This document shows positions 59,060 to 64,000 of a DNA stretch of 64,000 nucleotides, one piece after another. The first letter of the stretch is position 1; each line of letters starts with the position of its first letter. Below the pieces are notes generated by a model. The model was not told the origin of the DNA and did not search any database. It worked only from the letters and a program-made list of their open reading frames with translations. The position numbers were made by a program, and so were the translations under genes. Location: contig JAVZNE010000001.1 of assembly GCA_038882975.1 (NCBI GenBank), forward strand, positions 321,997-385,996, written 5' to 3'. The DNA is from Candidatus Bathyarchaeia archaeon (GTDB lineage Archaea; Thermoproteota; Bathyarchaeia; Bathyarchaeales; Bathycorpusculaceae).

Positions 59060-59530
59060 TTAACCTTCCTCCAAAATTCCACGTCTAACCTTGACCGCCA
59101 CGCCAACTTTAAATGCCGTCATCTCCTCCCCAGATAACACAGCTTTGCCAACAGCTAAAACTTCGCCCCTTTCGTTAACCACGATGACCTCATCTTTTGG
59201 GCGGATTCCATCGTACGCCTTTAAAACGTGTGTGGCGAAAACATCGCCGCCTTCAGCAATAAACTTGGAAACGTCATTTTTAACGGTGACTATGCATTTT
59301 GCCGGAACACCACTCTCTAGGATTCTTTTTGCTCCTTCAATGCTTAGGGAGAAAAGCCCGTCTATTGGGCGCATGGTGGCAAGCCTCTTTCCATTTAGAA
59401 AGACATAACGTATTCTGCCAGTACGTTTTGAATAGGCTATTTCCACGTTTTGCGGAAAGAGCATTTCGCCAATACCTTTCCCAAATTGGTAATCTGCAAC
59501 ACTTCTAATTCGCTGCAGAGCATTTTCCAA
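59060..59530 (-). CDS. Stand-alone PUA-domain protein (C2-PUA part of archaeosine TGT)
   Basis: ADYQFG, SKRTGRIR, VFATHV...IRPKDEV, GVAVKVR. Confidence 0.8.
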   Translation of the reverse strand: MENALQRIRSVADYQFGKGIGEMLFPQNVEIAYSKRTGRIRYVFLNGKRLATMRPIDGLFSLSIEGAKRILESGVPAKCIVTVKNDVSKFIAEGGDVFATHVLKAYDGIRPKDEVIVVNERGEVLAVGKAVLSGEEMTAFKVGVAVKVRRGILEEG

Positions 59531-59624
59531 ACAAACCACCATTAACCGGCAATCAGCAATTCGACAACTATAAACATAACCAAGTGCCAAGTATTAAAGA
59601 GTTTAAAGAGGAGCGCTACAAGGA

Positions 59625-60161
59625 TTGCGCTGCGAAGTTTGTGGACGTAAAATTCACGGTAAACCCATAAGAGCCCTAATTGAAGGGGCAAAACTTACAG
59701 TGTGCGGTGAATGCTCAAAACATGGCATGATAATTTGGGAAGAAGAGATAAAGCAAGCCTCCACGCCAAAGCTTAAGCCAAAAGCGACGCCGCCCCTGAC
59801 GCCAAAAACTCAAACTGCTAGCAAAGTACAAGCAGCTTTTGAAAGCTCCCTCGAGCTTGTCGATGATTACGACGTCAAGGTAAGACAAGCAAGAGAAAAG
59901 TTAGGCTTAACCCATGAAGAATTGGGCAAAAAAATAAACGAAAAAGTTTCCGTTCTCAAAAAAGTCGAAACAAGAAAAATTAAGCCAGATGACAAGCTGG
60001 CAGCCAAACTGGAACATGCATTGCGGATTAGGCTTCTGGTACCAGCATCGCAAGAAAAAGTTCCAACAACAGTCGTTTCTAAAAAGCCAAGCCGCAGCTT
60101 AACTTTGGGAGACCTTGTACAACTCGAAAAGAACAAGGGAGAAACGGAGGAAAAGGCTTAA
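59625..60161 (+). CDS. mbf1: Multiprotein bridging factor aMBF1
   Basis: CEVCG...C..C zinc ribbon, HTH, LTLGD. Confidence 0.92.
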   Translation: MRCEVCGRKIHGKPIRALIEGAKLTVCGECSKHGMIIWEEEIKQASTPKLKPKATPPLTPKTQTASKVQAAFESSLELVDDYDVKVRQAREKLGLTHEELGKKINEKVSVLKKVETRKIKPDDKLAAKLEHALRIRLLVPASQEKVPTTVVSKKPSRSLTLGDLVQLEKNKGETEEKA

Positions 60162-60175
60162 CGAAAGCCATAATT

Positions 60176-61426
60176 GTGCAACGCCGAAGATCCTTTGAAC
60201 CATCTACCCTTGACGAGCTTAAAAGCCTAGCCGAGTCAGCTGGCTATACGGTTGTGGGTAAAATAGAACAGATAAGGGCTCCTGACCCCCGCTACCAAAT
60301 AGGCTATGGAAAAATTAAGGAGCTGGCCGAACTTGTGAAGGAGACTGGCGCACAGAAAATAATCTTTGACAACCCATTAAGACCCGTACAAGCATATAAC
60401 ATTGCCAAGGAAACTGGTGTAGAGGCAATAGACCGCTTCCAGCTTATACTTGAAATCTTTGCAAGAAGAGCCACCACAACAGAGGCGAAGCTGCAAATCC
60501 AGCTAGCCAAACTCAAGTACGAACTGACAAGGGCTAAGGAAAAAGTGCGACTGGCAAGGCTTGGAGAGCAGCCCGGATTTATGGGACTCGGAGCATACGA
60601 GGTTGACGTATATTATGAAACTGTTAAAAGGCAAATACAAACTATTATAGAAAAACTTAGAAAAATCCGAAGAAAACGTGTACTACACCGCGAAAGAAGA
60701 ACCGAGCTGGGCTTTCCATCAATTTCTCTAGCTGGATACACAAACGCTGGAAAAAGCTCATTATTCACAGCTCTCACGGAGGAGGAAGTCCCTATAGATA
60801 ATGCTCTTTTCACAACTCTTTCAACGACAACGCGGCTTGTAAAGTTTTCAAGAAAAAAGTTCCTCCTAATAGACACTGTAGGCTTCATAGACCGCTTACC
60901 GCTAACGCTAATAGAGGCTTTCCGCTCGACACTTGAAGAAACCATATATTCCGACCTAATACTGCTCGTTGTGGATATCAGCGAACCACTAGCCACCGTT
61001 GAAAAGAAGCTTTCTGTATGCCTAGAAACAATAGAACGCATAGGAGCCGCGGGCATACCAATAATAACAGCCCTAAACAAAATCGACCTATCAACTGAAA
61101 AGGAAATGCAGGAAAAATTTGAAGCCCTCAAAAATAAAGCGCCAAAACCGGTGCTGATATCAGCTCTTCACGGGATCAACTTAGACCAACTGAAAGAGGA
61201 AATAGCAAAAACTCTGCGAAACTACGTGCAAGCATCCTTTTCTCTACCGCTTTCAAACGAGGCAATGCCCTTTCTCTCATGGCTTTTCAGCCGTGCAGAT
61301 GTCAAAGAAATAAAATATGAGGACGACGTTGCCCATGTAGCCCTTGAGGCTGTGCCATGGTTTGCTGAAAAAGTAAAAAGCCGCGTTGAAGAACTCGGTG
61401 GGAAAATTGAAAGCTTCAAACACTAA
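60176..61426 (+). CDS. hflX: GTPase HflX (true start probably a few codons upstream)
   Basis: GYTNAGKS, FTTL, DTVGFI, NKID. Confidence 0.94.
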   Translation: MQRRRSFEPSTLDELKSLAESAGYTVVGKIEQIRAPDPRYQIGYGKIKELAELVKETGAQKIIFDNPLRPVQAYNIAKETGVEAIDRFQLILEIFARRATTTEAKLQIQLAKLKYELTRAKEKVRLARLGEQPGFMGLGAYEVDVYYETVKRQIQTIIEKLRKIRRKRVLHRERRTELGFPSISLAGYTNAGKSSLFTALTEEEVPIDNALFTTLSTTTRLVKFSRKKFLLIDTVGFIDRLPLTLIEAFRSTLEETIYSDLILLVVDISEPLATVEKKLSVCLETIERIGAAGIPIITALNKIDLSTEKEMQEKFEALKNKAPKPVLISALHGINLDQLKEEIAKTLRNYVQASFSLPLSNEAMPFLSWLFSRADVKEIKYEDDVAHVALEAVPWFAEKVKSRVEELGGKIESFKH

Positions 61427-62006
61427 AAATAAGCCAAAAATTTTTGTTTTAAGATGGGGACACCGACAAAAAAGAGACTTGCGCCTAACAACTCATGTGG
61501 CATTAACCGCCAGAGCCCTAGGAGCCTCGGGGTTTATACTTTCCGACATAGAAGACGAGAAGATAAAGACGACTGTGGAAAAAGTTGTGGAAAACTGGGG
61601 TGGACCATTCTATTTTGAGATGGGAACCCCTTGGAAAAAGGTTGTTAAAAAATGGAAAGCTAAAGGCGGAATCGTTGTTCACTTAACAGCCTACGGCGAA
61701 AACATTGAAACAAGTGACGTGCTACAAAGGATTAAAACGCTAAACAAGGATATACTGGTCATTGTCGGAAGCCAGAAAGTCCCCGGCGAATTTTTCTCAA
61801 AAAACGTTTCAGACTTTAACGTAGCTATTGGAAACCAGCCACACTCTGAGTGCGCAAGTCTCGCGGTCTTTTTAGACAGATTTTTTGATGGAAAGGAGCT
61901 CACCAAGACCTTTGAAAATGCCAAGCTAATAATTATCCCTCAAAAGAGAGGGAAAAAAGTGATTCGAAAAGTTAATTCGGAATCCGAAATCAGAAAAGAG
62001 ATTTAA
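61407..62006 (+). CDS. trm56: tRNA (cytidine-56 2'-O)-methyltransferase
   Basis: GHR..RD.R.TTHV.LTARA, VHLT.YG, NQPHSE. Confidence 0.92.
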   Translation: MKASNTKNKPKIFVLRWGHRQKRDLRLTTHVALTARALGASGFILSDIEDEKIKTTVEKVVENWGGPFYFEMGTPWKKVVKKWKAKGGIVVHLTAYGENIETSDVLQRIKTLNKDILVIVGSQKVPGEFFSKNVSDFNVAIGNQPHSECASLAVFLDRFFDGKELTKTFENAKLIIIPQKRGKKVIRKVNSESEIRKEI

Positions 62007-62070
62007 ATTAAAGCTTGCATATATAGGGTAGGATAAAAGGAATCGACGACCAATGCAGAAAAGGGTCATT

Positions 62071-62583
62071 ATGTTATCAACAATTGATGACGCCACTTTA
62101 ATGAAGGTTGCTGAGGCACTCGGCGAAGAAGAAGCCGTAAAGCTAATCGAGATGCTAAAAAACTCGGATGAAATAACAGACGATGAGCTGGCAAACAAGA
62201 CCGGCATAAGACTTAACAACGTACGCAAAATCCTTTACAAGCTCTACGACCATTCACTCGTGAGTTTGCGGCGGACAAGAGACCCAAAAACAGGATGGTT
62301 CATATTCCATTGGAAACTACAACCAGACCAGCTGGAAGGCTTCATATTAAGCCAAAAACGAAGAGTCTTCGAAAAACTAAATATTCGCTTGGAATACGAG
62401 AAACACCACGATTTCTACTATTGTTACACACCGGGATGCAAACGAGTACCCTTCGAAGAGGCCGTTGAACTAGTTTTTAAGTGTCCCACATGTGGCAAAC
62501 CACTTATGCATTACAACAACGAGAAAATAGTCAAAGTCTTAACCGAGAAGGTTGAACAGTTGAGGAAGGAGCTGGGTGAGTGA
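62071..62583 (+). CDS. tfe: Transcription factor E alpha
   Basis: TDDELA, VRKILYKL, TGWF, F.CP.CG. Confidence 0.93.
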   Translation: MLSTIDDATLMKVAEALGEEEAVKLIEMLKNSDEITDDELANKTGIRLNNVRKILYKLYDHSLVSLRRTRDPKTGWFIFHWKLQPDQLEGFILSQKRRVFEKLNIRLEYEKHHDFYYCYTPGCKRVPFEEAVELVFKCPTCGKPLMHYNNEKIVKVLTEKVEQLRKELGE

Positions 62584-63115
62584 AAAGCTCCCCACAAGAG
62601 AACAAGCCCTACAATTTTTGCGGGAAAGCGGTTGCTCAGAAAACGTCATAAGACACTGCAAAGCAGTAACGGAACTTGCAGTTGAAATCGCAAAAGCATG
62701 CAAAGAAAAAGGATTAAACGTCAACCTAGAACTTGTAGAAATAGGCGCCCTACTCCACGACATTGGACGCTCAAAAACCCACAGCGTCCACCACGCCGTG
62801 GCCGGAATGCAAATAGCCAAAAGTCTAGGACTGCCAGAACCCGTTATCTCGATAATCAAGAGGCATGTAGGCGGCGGCATAACTCAACGAGAGGCAAAAA
62901 ATCTAGGATGGCCTAAAGACATTTATGTCCCCCAAACTCTTGAGGAAAAGATAGTCGCCTACGCAGACAAACTTATCGAAGGCTCGAAAAGAGTCCCTAT
63001 CGAAAAAACTATAGAAAAACTTTCCAAGGAATTGCCTCCATCAGCAATCGAACGAGTAAGAAGACTGCATGAAGAAATGTTAACAATAATCGGAGACTGC
63101 AAATGCCTACCGTAA
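62576..63115 (+). CDS. HDIG-domain protein (TIGR00295-like)
   Basis: LLHDIGRS, RHVGGG, PQTLEEKIVAYAD. Confidence 0.85.
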   Translation: MSEKLPTREQALQFLRESGCSENVIRHCKAVTELAVEIAKACKEKGLNVNLELVEIGALLHDIGRSKTHSVHHAVAGMQIAKSLGLPEPVISIIKRHVGGGITQREAKNLGWPKDIYVPQTLEEKIVAYADKLIEGSKRVPIEKTIEKLSKELPPSAIERVRRLHEEMLTIIGDCKCLP

Positions 63116-63861
63116 CATTATCCGCTAAAATCTACAACGGCAACCAACTAAAACATGTCGAAGAGCATTTAAAATCTTCTTTGAGAGGTTTGAAGGTTAA
63201 AGCAGAAAGCGTCCAAGCTTCAACGCGAGGTTGGATTCAAGTAACCTTTTCAGGCGAGGATGAGAAGGCGGCGTTAAGTTATCTGGAAAACACTATTGGA
63301 TTATGCCCAACCAACGTAGGTAACCTAACAAAATTCTCACCGATAAAAGGATACATAACAAGTTTAGGTAAAAGCGGAGAACAACTCCGACTAGACATTG
63401 GACCAAACATAATAGACACCACAATTCCGCTGCAACACTTGCAAGCACAACTGGCAGATGGGAGAAAAATCGCCCTCAAAAAACTCGTTGAACTTTATGG
63501 ATTTTGCGAAAACATTCCCTTAACAGCAAAAATAACCCATATAAACGGAAATAGTTTAGAAGCCCTAATAGCCGAAGGTCAGCTGAAAAACTACAAAAGA
63601 TGGATAAAGTCACTTCTTGACCGGTTAATAGTTTTAGGGGCGTCTCAACAAGAAATAAGAATGGCACTGAAAAGCGCAAAGTGTCAAAACGATGTTGTGG
63701 GAATTGAACAATTAGGGCTTTTTGAACACGTAATCATATGCAAGCTTGGAACAGATGCTGTCGGACTAGTCCCAAAAGTCGGCAAAAAACTGCCAAATGT
63801 AACACTAAGCGTGTTCTCTCCGAAAAGGATTTTGGAACTATTACCAGACATCATTCACTAG
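63103..63861 (+). CDS. DUF2110-like conserved archaeal protein
   Basis: GEDE, LGLFEH, K.GTDA.G motifs; follows tfe. Confidence 0.72.
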   Translation: MPTVTLSAKIYNGNQLKHVEEHLKSSLRGLKVKAESVQASTRGWIQVTFSGEDEKAALSYLENTIGLCPTNVGNLTKFSPIKGYITSLGKSGEQLRLDIGPNIIDTTIPLQHLQAQLADGRKIALKKLVELYGFCENIPLTAKITHINGNSLEALIAEGQLKNYKRWIKSLLDRLIVLGASQQEIRMALKSAKCQNDVVGIEQLGLFEHVIICKLGTDAVGLVPKVGKKLPNVTLSVFSPKRILELLPDIIH

Positions 63862-63871
63862 GCGGAAATTT

Positions 63872-63886
63872 TGGTGGGCCGGGCCG
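63872..63886 (-). other. tRNA 3'-end fragment (possible att site)
   Basis: Minus strand CGGCCCGGCCCACCA = partial T-stem, acceptor strand, discriminator, CCA; no T-loop upstream. Confidence 0.5.
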
Positions 63887-64000
63887 TATGCAATTAAAAA
63901 ATTAAGTGAGTCCAAAAACGTTTCATTGATGGCGGAATTATCACTCATCCGAATTGCGGGCTCAAAATTCTTGTCTTTGAACAATGTAAATTAAAGTTAA

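Overview
Gene-dense archaeal chromosomal segment with no CRISPR array, transposase or complete rRNA/tRNA gene that I can see. Gene content (PolB1, TFE, aMBF1, NAC, aTrm56, prefoldin beta/DUF3194/DHH, AOR plus two MoeA, a TackOD1-like protein, frequent TTG starts) points to the TACK group, most likely Bathyarchaeia; this is an inference, no search was run. It is mostly housekeeping: two ThrRS, ProRS, gap/pgk/apgM, an ECF module, a type IV pilus locus, a GH57/GT4 alpha-glucan cluster, TldD/E and EndoQ/EndoIV. The most interesting signals are not in the ORF track: (1) a riboswitch-like leader with an anti-Shine-Dalgarno before a QueT transporter; (2) a 25-aa eL41 gene with a probable ATC start; (3) a structured proS leader containing a Pro-Pro uORF; (4) a dispersed ~55-63 nt repeat/hairpin before gcvH and thrS; (5) a giant pilin with nested split domains; (6) a tRNA 3'-end fragment at the right edge that may mark an integrated element. 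All family calls come from motifs recognised by eye.
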